Origin: a bacterium
Lineage (GTDB): Bacteria > Zhuqueibacterota > Zhuqueibacteria > Residuimicrobiales > Krinioviventaceae
Length of the DNA: 64,000 nucleotides
Assembly: GCA_963693055.1 (NCBI GenBank)
Contig: OY843751.1
Span: 5,088,001-5,152,000 of the forward strand
Direction of reading: 5' to 3'
Part shown: in pieces, positions 10,428-21,068 of the stretch
Layout of the letters: every line of letters starts with the position of its first letter
Numbering within the stretch: position 1 is the first letter of the stretch
Made by a program: the position numbers and the translations under genes
Notes under the pieces: generated by a model
Databases searched by the model: none
Told to the model about the DNA's origin: nothing
What the model saw: only the letters and a program-made list of their open reading frames with translations

Positions 10428-11624
10428 ATGCAATACAGAACCGTTCCGAAAAATGGTGACAAACTGTCAATTCTCGGCTTTGGCGCTATGCGCCTGCCTA
10501 TGAAACGCAGACAAATTGATGAAAATCGTGCCCAGGCCCAGATCTATTCAGCAATTGATCAGGGAGTCAATTATGTGGATACCGCCTGGCCCTACCACAA
10601 TGGCGCCAGCGAAACCTTTTTGGGCAAGATCCTGCCGCAAAACGGATATCGCGAAAAGATCAAACTGGCTACCAAACTGCCGCACTGGTCCGCTAAAAGT
10701 AAAACAGATATGCTAAACCTGCTTGACAAACAGCTCGCGAAACTGCACACAGACCATATTGATTATTACCTGGTGCACAACTTGAACAAAGACAACTGGG
10801 GCCTAGCCAAAGAACACAGTGTGCTCGAGTTCCTGGACGAAGCCTTGAAATCCGGAAAGATCATAAATGCAGGATTTTCATATCACGGTGCTGCCAGAGA
10901 TTTTAACAGTATTGTAGATGATTACGACTGGACCTTTTGCCAGCTCCAGTACAATTATCTGGATACGGAAAACCAGGCCGGTAAAGCCGGGCTTGAATAC
11001 GCGGCATCCAAAGACCTGGGCATTATAGTCATGGAACCGCTGCGTGGTGGGAATTTGTCCAAAACACCTCCCAAAGCAGTTCAGCAGATCTGGGACGAAT
11101 CAGAAGAAAAAAAAACAGCAGCTGAATGGTCTCTGCGTTGGATCTGGGACCATCCACAGGTAACCACAGTGCTTTCCGGCATGAATGAAGAAGCCCATAT
11201 TGAAGAGAATATAAAAATCGCCTCTGGTGCGTTACCCAACGCCATGTCTGAATCCGATCGCAATCGTGTTGATACCGCTGCTGCCACCTTTCGTCAGTTA
11301 ATGAAAGCGGGCTGTACAGGGTGCCAATATTGCGTTCCCTGCCCCAAAAATGTCAATATTCCCGGATGTTTTGAACTTTATAACTCGTTACATACGTTTA
11401 AAGAAAAGAGGGCCAAATTTAGATATCTGGTTTTAAACGGTGGTATTATTGGCGGCAAGCCCGGTATGGCATCACAATGTATTGACTGTGGTGTATGTCT
11501 TGAAAAATGCCCACAGAATCTGCCCATTCCTGACTTGCTAAAGGATGTAAAAAATGATTTTGAAGGCATAATGACCAAACCCACTTTATGGCTCGCAAAA
11601 CAGGTTGTAAAAAGAATGCGTTAA
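10428..11624 (+). CDS. Aldo/keto reductase with C-terminal 4Fe-4S dicluster
   Basis: LGFGAMRLP, YVDTAWPY, CTGCQYCVPCP and CIDCGVCLEKCP. AGGAG RBS before ATG 10428. Confidence 0.93.
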   Translation: MQYRTVPKNGDKLSILGFGAMRLPMKRRQIDENRAQAQIYSAIDQGVNYVDTAWPYHNGASETFLGKILPQNGYREKIKLATKLPHWSAKSKTDMLNLLDKQLAKLHTDHIDYYLVHNLNKDNWGLAKEHSVLEFLDEALKSGKIINAGFSYHGAARDFNSIVDDYDWTFCQLQYNYLDTENQAGKAGLEYAASKDLGIIVMEPLRGGNLSKTPPKAVQQIWDESEEKKTAAEWSLRWIWDHPQVTTVLSGMNEEAHIEENIKIASGALPNAMSESDRNRVDTAAATFRQLMKAGCTGCQYCVPCPKNVNIPGCFELYNSLHTFKEKRAKFRYLVLNGGIIGGKPGMASQCIDCGVCLEKCPQNLPIPDLLKDVKNDFEGIMTKPTLWLAKQVVKRMR

Positions 11625-11641
11625 CAAAAAGGGAGAATATC

Positions 11642-12544
11642 ATGCATCAAAAATGGAATAGTAAAAATATATCAGACCAAAGCGGACGGGTTGCCATTGT
11701 AACCGGTTCAAGCAGTGGCATAGGGCTTGAAACCGCACGCGTACTTGCAAACAAGAATGCAGAAGTGATTATTGCTGTTCGAAATCTGCAAAAAGGCAAC
11801 AAGGCCATGGAACTGATCAAAGCACAAAATCCAAACGCAAATCTGCGCATCATGGAACTGGACCTTGCGGATCTGACGTCTGTCAAATCCTTTACGGAAA
11901 CATTTCAAGCCAATTACAATCGATTGGATCTGCTCATCAATAATGCCGGTGTAATGATACCTCCATATTCAAAAACAAAAGACGGCTTTGAGCTGCAAAT
12001 GGGCACCAACCACCTGGGCCATTTTGCCCTGACCGCGCAACTGATGGACCTTCTCTTGAAAACAGAAAACAGCAGAATTGTCAATGTTTCCAGCATGGCC
12101 CACAAATATGGCAACATTGACTTTAATGATCTGGACTGGTCAAGCCGCAAATACAAACGTGAACGGGCTTATGGTGACAGTAAAATTGCCAACCTCTATT
12201 TCACCCGAATTCTTGCAGAAAAATTAAATACCTCAGGAAATAACACCATTGCTGCTTCTGCCCATCCCGGCTGGACAGCAACGGATCTTCAGCGTCATGT
12301 AGGGTTTGTTGAATTTCTGAACAACTTTTTCGCGCAAAAAATAGAAATGGGCGCATTGCCCACTCTCTATGCGGCTGTTGGTCCCGATGTTCAAAACGGT
12401 GATTTTTACGGTCCTAATGGATTTATGGAAATGCGCGGTTACCCCATCAAAGTTACTCCCAATGAACTGGCACATAAAAAATCCATTGCCGAACAGCTAT
12501 GGCAGGAATCAGAAAAACTTACGAACGTTACTTTTCAGATATAA
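11642..12544 (+). CDS. SDR oxidoreductase (retinol-dehydrogenase-like)
   Basis: TGSSSGIG, NNAG, YGDSK. GGGAG RBS before ATG 11642. Confidence 0.93.
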   Translation: MHQKWNSKNISDQSGRVAIVTGSSSGIGLETARVLANKNAEVIIAVRNLQKGNKAMELIKAQNPNANLRIMELDLADLTSVKSFTETFQANYNRLDLLINNAGVMIPPYSKTKDGFELQMGTNHLGHFALTAQLMDLLLKTENSRIVNVSSMAHKYGNIDFNDLDWSSRKYKRERAYGDSKIANLYFTRILAEKLNTSGNNTIAASAHPGWTATDLQRHVGFVEFLNNFFAQKIEMGALPTLYAAVGPDVQNGDFYGPNGFMEMRGYPIKVTPNELAHKKSIAEQLWQESEKLTNVTFQI

Positions 12545-12550
12545 ATAAAA

Positions 12551-12581
12551 AACGGCCCATATTGATAGCAAATGGGCCGTT
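12551..12581. terminator. Bidirectional terminator between convergent genes
   Basis: AACGGCCCAT...ATGGGCCGTT with A/T tails on both sides. Confidence 0.7.
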
Positions 12582-12592
12582 GCTTTTTCCGA

Positions 12593-13924
12593 TCAGGATT
12601 CTTTTAAAAGCTTTTTTCGGTTTTCATAAATCTTTGTTATGCCATCCGCAATATCATCCATATCTTTTTGACTGCCCAGCAACAGGTTCTGCGTAAAACA
12701 AACCGCTTCGTCACACAACTGATCATTATTGGGAAGATTATGCAGCTCGTCTCTGTACCGGTCAAGCCTTTCTTTTGAAAACAGCCGTTTATATCCGCGT
12801 GAATTGAGCATTTCTTCAATCAATCCGTCATGGTATTGCTTGCCGTACCCCGTGCTCAGGGGTATACCTTCTGCCCTGGCTGCTTTAATAAACTGCTCAC
12901 GGGACAATTCGTCAAACTGTTCTTTTTTATAGCGAAAAGGATACAAATGGTATGCGGACCGTGTTGCTCCATTTGCAAGCTTGTAGGGGATGATGCCCGG
13001 AATCTCTTTAATTTTGGAAGATAAATACAGCGCGTTTTTCAACCGCAGGTCTGCATCTGCCTTGATGCGCTTCATCTGTGACATAAGAATAACCGCCTGA
13101 AATTCCTGCATTCTGCGATTGCTGCCACGTGAAGGATAATTACTGGTCTTTTTTACACTACCATACGGTCGACCGCAGTTGTGAAAGGAAACACAGCGGT
13201 CCATAATTCCCTCATCATTCCCAACAATTGCACCACCTTCACCCGCCGGCAAATGCTTGGAATTCTGAAAGCTGAAGCAGCCCAGGTCTCCCAGGGTACC
13301 GCATTTTTGTCCCTTGTACTCTGCAAGCCATGCCTGGCAGGCATCTTCAACCACAACCAGGTCATGCTTTTTTGCAGCCGTGTTAATACCGTCCATGTCA
13401 CATGGCATTCCGTAGATATGCACCGGTAAAATGGCTTTGGTGCGGTCAGTTACCCGCGACTCAATGGAAGCGGGATCCATGGTAAAGGTCTCCTGGTCCG
13501 TATCGGCAAATACCGGTAAAGCTTTATTGATAATGACAGAATTATAAGTAGCAATAAATGTGAATGGAGAAACGATCACTTCATCACCCGCGTCAACACC
13601 CAACACATGCATTGCCGTAAGTAACGCGGTTGTACCACTGGCTGTAGCAAGGCAGCGTTTTGCGCCCATCAGATCCGCGTATTTTTTTTCAAACTCGGTT
13701 ACTTTGGTACCATGCCCACGATACCAGTTACCGCTGTGAAGCACAGAAAGAATATCCTCTTCAGCATCCGAGTCCCAAACCGGCCACTTGGGCCAGACAC
13801 CATCATGGACCTTTGGGCCACCCAAAACAGCCAGATCTCCGGATGCGGCTTGAATGTTACCCAACACTGGCATCATAACGGCAGCGGCTGATGCAGTTTT
13901 TATAAATTTACGTCTTTTCATCAT
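12593..13924 (-). CDS. DegT/DnrJ/EryC1/StrS PLP aminotransferase with Tat signal
   Basis: KRRKFIK Tat motif, SGTTAL, EDACQA, FSFQNSKHLPAGEGG. Confidence 0.92.
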   Translation of the reverse strand: MMKRRKFIKTASAAAVMMPVLGNIQAASGDLAVLGGPKVHDGVWPKWPVWDSDAEEDILSVLHSGNWYRGHGTKVTEFEKKYADLMGAKRCLATASGTTALLTAMHVLGVDAGDEVIVSPFTFIATYNSVIINKALPVFADTDQETFTMDPASIESRVTDRTKAILPVHIYGMPCDMDGINTAAKKHDLVVVEDACQAWLAEYKGQKCGTLGDLGCFSFQNSKHLPAGEGGAIVGNDEGIMDRCVSFHNCGRPYGSVKKTSNYPSRGSNRRMQEFQAVILMSQMKRIKADADLRLKNALYLSSKIKEIPGIIPYKLANGATRSAYHLYPFRYKKEQFDELSREQFIKAARAEGIPLSTGYGKQYHDGLIEEMLNSRGYKRLFSKERLDRYRDELHNLPNNDQLCDEAVCFTQNLLLGSQKDMDDIADGITKIYENRKKLLKES

Positions 13925-14094
13925 AATCTTCTCCCAATATATAATGACGGGTGTTTACTATAGAACATTAATCGAAAAACATAAAATCCATTCTTAAAAC
14001 TGCTCGAGTTTCACAAAAACAAACGGTATATCAATGACAGGATAATTTATGACATAAACAAAAAAGGGCCTGAAAAATTCAAGCCCGGTCATTT

Positions 14095-15633
14095 TTATTT
14101 CAATGTCAACATAACTATCGATTTCGGAGGCAGTATTGTTTCCACCATACCATCTCTAACTTTGGCATTGGAAAAAGATTTGATAAAGACGTTTTCCTTT
14201 TTACCAAAATCATTATACGCATTGATTGCATCTGCCGTAATAATTTCACCACTGACAGACTTAACATCAGCACCGCGGATATCACAACTTATGGACTGCG
14301 CCTTGTTGGGATCAGAATTGGTCAGACTGATATGGATAACTCCCTCTTTGCGCGAAGCTGAAGCATTGATTGCCGGCACAGATTCTTCACCAAATGTATA
14401 ATCAACTGTTTCAACACTGGAAGGTAACAATTCGGCATCATGATGCGCGGTAAAAAGTTTAAAAACATGCCAGGTGGGTGTTTTTACCATCAAATCGTCT
14501 TTGGTCAATACCACCGCCTGCAATACATTCACAGTCTGCGCAATATTACACATTTGCACACGGTCACAGTTATTATTAAAAATATTAAAATTGATTGCAG
14601 CAATCATTGCATCTCGTAACGAGTTTTGCTGATACAAAAATCCGCGTTCGGTTCCCGGTTCTACGTTGAACCAGTTTCCCCACTCGTCAATAATCAAACC
14701 CACGCGTTTTTCAGGATCGTAATAATCCATTATGGCTAAATTCTTTTGAATAATCTTTTCCATATGCAGCGTTTGATCAATCTGCTCAAACCAGTCAGCT
14801 TCTTCAAAATCCGTTGCAGAGCCCTTGTCGCGCCAGTTTCCATGAGCAACGGTGTAATGATGCATGGAAATACCCTGCATTTGTCGTGGTCCTACATCTC
14901 TCATCAGGGTTTCGGTCCAAATAGCATCGTCTCCATTGGGGCCGCAAGCAACTTTGAAAGGACGTGTGCCACCAATAGTGCGACAAAAAGTAGCGTAATG
15001 TTTATAGATAGGTGCATAATAATCCGGTGTCATACTGCCACCACAGCCCCAAACCTCATTACCAATACCCCAGTATCTTACTTTCCAGGGTTTTTCACGG
15101 CCATTCTCTTTACGCCAGTTGGCCATAGGATTCCCAACCTCTCCGTTCACATACAATACCCAATCTTTTAAATCCTTTGGGCTGCCTGTGCCTACATTGA
15201 CAGCAAGGTACGGTTCGCAATCCAGTAATTCACACAGATTCAAAAATTCATGTGTACCAAAGCTATTGTCTTCAATCACATTGCCCCAATGATAATTCAA
15301 GATCGGTGGGCGTCCCTCTTTGGGGCCCAAACCATCCTGCCAGTGGTAGGTATCGGCAAAACAACCACCAGGCCAACGCAGATTAGGGATCTTGATTTCC
15401 TGCAAAGCCTCAACAATATCTTTACGATATCCGTTGATATTGGGTATGTCAGAATCTTCACCAACCCAAATACCACCATAAATACAATGGCCCAGATGCT
15501 CTGCAAAATGACCATAGATATGTCGGCTGATGGTGTATTTAGCTTGATCGGCGTTAATGATCAACTTGTTTTCAGCAGCGTTCAACGACAACACTGCAAG
15601 TAAAAGAACAAAAATGATAGTACGGCTTTTCAT
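14095..15633 (-). CDS. GH51 alpha-L-arabinofuranosidase
   Basis: IYGHFAEHLG, RWPGGCFAD, WGIGNE, IIDEWG. Confidence 0.95.
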   Translation of the reverse strand: MKSRTIIFVLLLAVLSLNAAENKLIINADQAKYTISRHIYGHFAEHLGHCIYGGIWVGEDSDIPNINGYRKDIVEALQEIKIPNLRWPGGCFADTYHWQDGLGPKEGRPPILNYHWGNVIEDNSFGTHEFLNLCELLDCEPYLAVNVGTGSPKDLKDWVLYVNGEVGNPMANWRKENGREKPWKVRYWGIGNEVWGCGGSMTPDYYAPIYKHYATFCRTIGGTRPFKVACGPNGDDAIWTETLMRDVGPRQMQGISMHHYTVAHGNWRDKGSATDFEEADWFEQIDQTLHMEKIIQKNLAIMDYYDPEKRVGLIIDEWGNWFNVEPGTERGFLYQQNSLRDAMIAAINFNIFNNNCDRVQMCNIAQTVNVLQAVVLTKDDLMVKTPTWHVFKLFTAHHDAELLPSSVETVDYTFGEESVPAINASASRKEGVIHISLTNSDPNKAQSISCDIRGADVKSVSGEIITADAINAYNDFGKKENVFIKSFSNAKVRDGMVETILPPKSIVMLTLK

Positions 15634-15670
15634 TTATTGCCTCCGGTTTAGTTGATATTTATATAACTAC

Positions 15671-18013
15671 CTAGTATATAGCTTTGAGATTGTAATTTCC
15701 TTCCTTGACCTTGTAAATGATATAGTTGTCTTTTTCATCACTAAATTCTATACCTGCCTGCTGAGCCGCTTTATTCTTTTCCCATACTGGTTTTCCATCG
15801 CACATTATGGATTTTGGGGTTTTATCCGCAGGAATACCCACAAGAGCAGTTGCGCCTTTAGGCACACCAACGCTTGCAGTAAATTGCTTATTTGTTTGTT
15901 CAAGCTCAACACGAATCTCACCCGCTGTACTCGCGACCTCAGCCTGAATGTGGTTCAGACTCCCCATCTGCGGCATCACCTGAAAAGATTTGTATCCCGC
16001 TTGTAATGGCGATATACCGGTAGCATATTGCGACAACATCGTCAGCGGTCCACCGCTCCAGGCGTGATTATAGGTACCCCACCTGAAATTGCGTTGTTGG
16101 TCTTCCCAGCCTTCCCACAAGGTAGAAAGCTCGCTATCAACCATTTCATCATAACGTTTCTTCATCCGATCCAATGCATCCTGCGGTAAACCCATCAGAT
16201 ACAATGCTTCAAGCACATATTTTTCCATATAGGGACTGGCATGGTACTCGTCTTTTAATACTTTTTGTATTTTTTTAAACTGGTCCGGTTTTGCCAGGCC
16301 CGAAACAACGGCCAGTGCGTTGGCGCGATCATCGGTTTCACCATCATAATCCGGTGAACGATAGGCTTTGCCGTTCCAAAATGTTTTATTAAAATTGGCA
16401 TCTATACTGTCCATCCGTTCCTTTGCCCAACTCTTATCATCCGAGCGGCTGAACAGTTCTGCCATGTTAGCATACCCCTTTAATGCCAGATAATACCATT
16501 CATTAAAAAGGATTTCCATATCTTTGTTTTCACCCCAGTCACCCCATGTCCATCCCCCTTTGCGTGGAACAACCAGTCCGTTTTCACCCAGTTTCCAAAC
16601 CTCTAAATAGGTCCTGACATGGGGAAACACGGAACGCAGTGTTTCTATATCTCCGGAATGAAAATAATAGGTCCAGAATCCATAATAGCCAACACTTGCC
16701 AGCATCTGCATGGGCAGTTCACGATCATAATTGCCCGCAGGAATCGGAGAAAATATGGTAGAATCGGGCCTCTGCCAGCTCATGAGCTCAATTATGGCCT
16801 TTTTCGCCAAAAGCTGAGACTGCGGACATAATGCGTAAAAGGATTCGCCAATTTCATTCACGGCATCTCCCCACCACTGCGCGCGTTCCCTGTCCGGACA
16901 ATCCATATAGTTATCGCGCATGGTAATGTACAATGTTCGTCTGGATTTCTCCCACAGCGTATTATAAAAGGGATCATCACATTCAAATTGGCCGCTGAAT
17001 TCCGTATTGTACCCGGTTTCGCGGTATTTCAGATCCAGCACCTCTACACCCGCCGGAATGATATAATACATTTCATGCCCGTTGATCCACCCCAGTGATT
17101 CATATTCCTGCTCACCATCTTGAGTAATATATGCTGCACGCAGGTTTGCCGGGCCACCGCCGTGGTAATCATCTGTCAGCATCTCTATTTTCAGTCCAGC
17201 TTTGGCTTTGACTTTAAGATATGGGGTGACCTGTGCGTTATAGGGCAGTTTACAAACCAGGGTATCTCCGGTGGAGGTTAATGGCAGTTGGGGTGCTTTT
17301 GTATAGGATTTCAAACCATAATCTTTCCATTGTGGAATGGGACGTTTTACCAGCTTGTTCCAGGGTTGGCATCCTGCAGGGCCATATTCTCCCGTATCCC
17401 CCCATCCCCTGAGTTTGAAACCGGATTGCTGCCAACCGGGCATATCGTTTCGGGCGTCAAAGCATACATTCGACTCTGACAAACGATAATTCGGCTGGGA
17501 ACCGGAATCATCATTATAATATCCGGGGTGCACACGGCTGCGCCAGGATTGGTCAGATTGCACCAGCACATTGCCCTTTTCATCGTTGATTTCAAAAATC
17601 AATCCCGCTCTGCCGCTGGAGTGATGCGAAAATCCATTTTTACCAAAGTACCAAACCAATACCGCAATGGTGTTTTCGCCTGTTTTTAAATGTTCGGTCA
17701 GGTCCAGTTCGTCATAATAGGTATCCTGCGGAGATGGACCGCGTTTTAATCCGCCTTCAAACACAACCAGTTCTCCGTTCAACCACAACCAATATTTAGA
17801 ATCTACAGCAATTTTAGCAATTGCTTGTTGTGGCAGACTGTCAAGAGTAGTTGTCTTGCGAAAAGCAATCCAGCTATTGGATTTATCCTGCGCGTTAAAA
17901 TTATAAATCCATTTGGCTTGCCAATCTGTTTCCTGAGCGTGCAAAACATTAATGGGGGAAAAATATACAACCGCTAAGATTATTAATAAGAAATACAGCG
18001 TTCTTGTTCGCAT
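15671..18013 (-). CDS. GH78-like alpha-L-rhamnosidase
   Basis: MDCPDRERAQWWGD, TLWEGW, NHAWSGGP, signal peptide. Confidence 0.9.
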   Translation of the reverse strand: MRTRTLYFLLIILAVVYFSPINVLHAQETDWQAKWIYNFNAQDKSNSWIAFRKTTTLDSLPQQAIAKIAVDSKYWLWLNGELVVFEGGLKRGPSPQDTYYDELDLTEHLKTGENTIAVLVWYFGKNGFSHHSSGRAGLIFEINDEKGNVLVQSDQSWRSRVHPGYYNDDSGSQPNYRLSESNVCFDARNDMPGWQQSGFKLRGWGDTGEYGPAGCQPWNKLVKRPIPQWKDYGLKSYTKAPQLPLTSTGDTLVCKLPYNAQVTPYLKVKAKAGLKIEMLTDDYHGGGPANLRAAYITQDGEQEYESLGWINGHEMYYIIPAGVEVLDLKYRETGYNTEFSGQFECDDPFYNTLWEKSRRTLYITMRDNYMDCPDRERAQWWGDAVNEIGESFYALCPQSQLLAKKAIIELMSWQRPDSTIFSPIPAGNYDRELPMQMLASVGYYGFWTYYFHSGDIETLRSVFPHVRTYLEVWKLGENGLVVPRKGGWTWGDWGENKDMEILFNEWYYLALKGYANMAELFSRSDDKSWAKERMDSIDANFNKTFWNGKAYRSPDYDGETDDRANALAVVSGLAKPDQFKKIQKVLKDEYHASPYMEKYVLEALYLMGLPQDALDRMKKRYDEMVDSELSTLWEGWEDQQRNFRWGTYNHAWSGGPLTMLSQYATGISPLQAGYKSFQVMPQMGSLNHIQAEVASTAGEIRVELEQTNKQFTASVGVPKGATALVGIPADKTPKSIMCDGKPVWEKNKAAQQAGIEFSDEKDNYIIYKVKEGNYNLKAIY

Positions 18014-18378
18014 TCCGTCTCCCAAAGTTGATTAGACATAGATATCCGGGTCCGGGAAAACCCGAATGTTCATTAATATATTTTTAAACGGGACAATCAT
18101 GGCAGGTCCTTTAATAGAAACCAGTTATTTAAATATAAGAATGAAATAATTAATTGCAATAAAAACTCTAATATAGCTTAATATTTCAAGTGAGAACCGG
18201 ATTCTTTCAAGTTTAAAATAGCTCCTGTTTTTGCAAGCCATAAATAATAAACAACAGGAGAACAAATGATTTATTACCAAAATATGCCAACAATAATCCG
18301 GGAATTTTTCTACAGTTCCAATGATCAAGTTAGCCCAAATTATCTGACATTATGAAAAAACCTTACGAAAAATCACCC

Positions 18379-20844
18379 TTATTTCAATAATAAACATTTT
18401 TGAAACTGTTTGTGATCTTTGGATGTCAATTGGATAAAATATATTCCTGAAGGAAGATTGTCAGCCTCCCAAATCACATTATGAACTCCCTCTTGAAATC
18501 CTTTATTCACAAGAACTTTTACAAGTTCTCCTTTTGAATTAAAAACGGATATATTAATAACGGTATATTTTGACACAGTGAATGATATATTTGTAGATGC
18601 GTTAAACGGATTCGGATAATTTTCATATAATGCAATTGAAAAAGGAATCTCTTCACTTTTATATATATTCGAAGAAACATTGATATCATTTCGATACCAT
18701 GATACAGTATTGTTACTTCTTGAAGCTAAAACGATATCCATATCTCCATCACAATCTAAATCCGCTGTCGAAATCGAACAGACACCTTCTGCCATGTCAG
18801 TTATAACTTGCTGCTCAGCAAAATTACCATTTCCTAGATTTTCATAATATGCCATTTTGCTATCAAAGTTAGAAGAAGACAAAACATCAACATCATTATC
18901 GTTATCCAGATCACACGCAACAACAATTGTTTGCCCCTTTACTAATGATGTAACAATTTGTGAAAGGCCAAAAGTACCATTACCATTGTTTTTAAACCAT
19001 ACTATTTGATTTCCATTTCGAAAAGCAACAATAATATCCTGAATACCATCATTATCAAGATCAGCAATCTGCAGATCAAACACTTGTTCAACAAAATTTC
19101 CTATTACCTGCTGCGATCCCCAATTTTCTCCATCAATATTTTCGTGGTAACCGATAGTCTTGTCATAATTTGATACAGAGATAATATCTATATCACTATC
19201 ATTATCAACATTTAATATATTCAGAAATGACACACCCACATCTTTATCACAGACAAGATTTCTTGGCCAGCTCGAATCAGCACATGTATTTTCATACCAT
19301 GCGATTGATCCATTCCACCCCCAGGACAAAATATCAACAAAATCATCACCATTTAGATCTGTTGTGACCAAACGGGTTGCTTCTTTTGCCAATGCAGTAA
19401 TTAATTTTTCCGGCCCAAATACCCCGGAACCATAATTTTCTTGCCAATAAATTTTATCCGTCAATTCTGATACATATATAATATCAAGATCATCATCATT
19501 ATCAATATCTGCTGTATTAACAGTTTGTATTTGCCGTGCAGACCGGGTAATAACCTGTTGTTTGCCAAATGCTACCCCATTATTCTTATACCAAACAATT
19601 TTATCATCATTTTGCACTACTGCAATCACATCTGGTATAACATCATTATCAAGATCAACAGTAGAAACATATTTCACGTTTTCAACGGAGGTTGTTATAG
19701 TATGTTTAACAGGAAAAGTCCCCTGATTTGTATTCTCATACCAAGCGATTTCACAATTTTGATGTGCCGCTGAAATCACATCTATATCTCCATCATTATC
19801 CAAATCAGCAGCATGAACAGCTATTGCTTCTGTCGCTGTATTGGAAATGACTTGTTGCTGACCGATAACTCCACCCCCTTCATTTTCATACCATGCTATT
19901 TTATTATCAGCATATGAAGAAGAGAGCACATCCAAATCTCCATCAGAATCAAGATCAGCGGTATATACCAAAGTCCCCCAGTATGCATCTGTTGTAATTA
20001 CATTCATATCACTAAAGGTTCCGTCACCTTTATTTTCAAACCAAGCCACATGATGCGTAACATTTTCTGATGTTGAAAGCACGTCAACATCTCCATCATT
20101 ATCTAAATCTGCTGCATGAACAGAACGAGCTCCACCACCCGCAATTGTCAAGAATCTCTGTGGTCCAAACTCACCTCCGTTATTTTCATACCAAGCAACA
20201 TAACCACCACCCGCAGATAAAACATCCAGATCATTATCACCATCCAAATCAGCCGCAAATACAGATTTTGCTTCAGGTGCATTGTTTGTTATATTCTGAC
20301 GTGGACCAAAAACACCATTTCCATCATTTTCAAACCAGGCAACTTGGTATTCATCATTCCAAGAAGACGAAGATGCAAGTATATCATTATCTCCATCTCC
20401 ATCAAGATCAGCAGCAAAAACATTATTACCCCAAGTTTCCGCCCCTATAAAATTTCTTGTATCACTAAAAATTCCGTCACCATCATTTTCAAACCAGCAT
20501 ATTTTCCCACTTGTTGAAATAACATCCAAATCATTATCTCCATCCAAATCAGCCACAGCAAAACTACCACCCACATTCGAACCAGAAGCTATAATCTGCT
20601 GATGCCCAAACTCTCCGCGTCCATCGTTTTCATACCATGCAAGTTTACTATCATTCGCAGATGCAGAAAGAATATCGTTATCACCATCGTTATCTAAATC
20701 AGCAGCAAATACATCAATTGGCATATCGGTCAAAGTTTCCTGAATAATTATTGGTCCATTAAATGGAATTTTTGCAAAAATTGGATTGGATAGAATTAAC
20801 AAAATATTGAAACAAAACAAACTGATTCGTAAACTATTTTTCAT
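18379..20844 (-). CDS. FG-GAP/VCBS repeat protein with T9SS-type C-terminal domain
   Basis: About 13-14 ADLDxDGDxDxxS...WxEN repeats, YPNPFN...LLLK tail. Confidence 0.92.
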   Translation of the reverse strand: MKNSLRISLFCFNILLILSNPIFAKIPFNGPIIIQETLTDMPIDVFAADLDNDGDNDILSASANDSKLAWYENDGRGEFGHQQIIASGSNVGGSFAVADLDGDNDLDVISTSGKICWFENDGDGIFSDTRNFIGAETWGNNVFAADLDGDGDNDILASSSSWNDEYQVAWFENDGNGVFGPRQNITNNAPEAKSVFAADLDGDNDLDVLSAGGGYVAWYENNGGEFGPQRFLTIAGGGARSVHAADLDNDGDVDVLSTSENVTHHVAWFENKGDGTFSDMNVITTDAYWGTLVYTADLDSDGDLDVLSSSYADNKIAWYENEGGGVIGQQQVISNTATEAIAVHAADLDNDGDIDVISAAHQNCEIAWYENTNQGTFPVKHTITTSVENVKYVSTVDLDNDVIPDVIAVVQNDDKIVWYKNNGVAFGKQQVITRSARQIQTVNTADIDNDDDLDIIYVSELTDKIYWQENYGSGVFGPEKLITALAKEATRLVTTDLNGDDFVDILSWGWNGSIAWYENTCADSSWPRNLVCDKDVGVSFLNILNVDNDSDIDIISVSNYDKTIGYHENIDGENWGSQQVIGNFVEQVFDLQIADLDNDGIQDIIVAFRNGNQIVWFKNNGNGTFGLSQIVTSLVKGQTIVVACDLDNDNDVDVLSSSNFDSKMAYYENLGNGNFAEQQVITDMAEGVCSISTADLDCDGDMDIVLASRSNNTVSWYRNDINVSSNIYKSEEIPFSIALYENYPNPFNASTNISFTVSKYTVINISVFNSKGELVKVLVNKGFQEGVHNVIWEADNLPSGIYFIQLTSKDHKQFQKCLLLK

Positions 20845-21014
20845 ATAAACCCCAGCATTAACATTAAATAACAATTTTTAAATTTTATTAATACTCAAAA
20901 AACCCCTATTGAATAAAAAAAAGTACACTGGAAAATACAACTAATTTATAAAAAAACAAATTTATTACTTCTTGAATTCACAAACCAGAACCCATACAAT
21001 GTATAAAATAAAAA

Positions 21015-21045
21015 AAAGGGAATGATAGTTTCTATCATTCCCTTT
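21015..21045 (-). terminator. Intrinsic terminator
   Basis: AAAGGGAATGATAG-ttt-CTATCATTCCCTTT with A-tract on the left. Confidence 0.75.
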
Positions 21046-21068
21046 AATAAACAAAAAAATAAACTCGC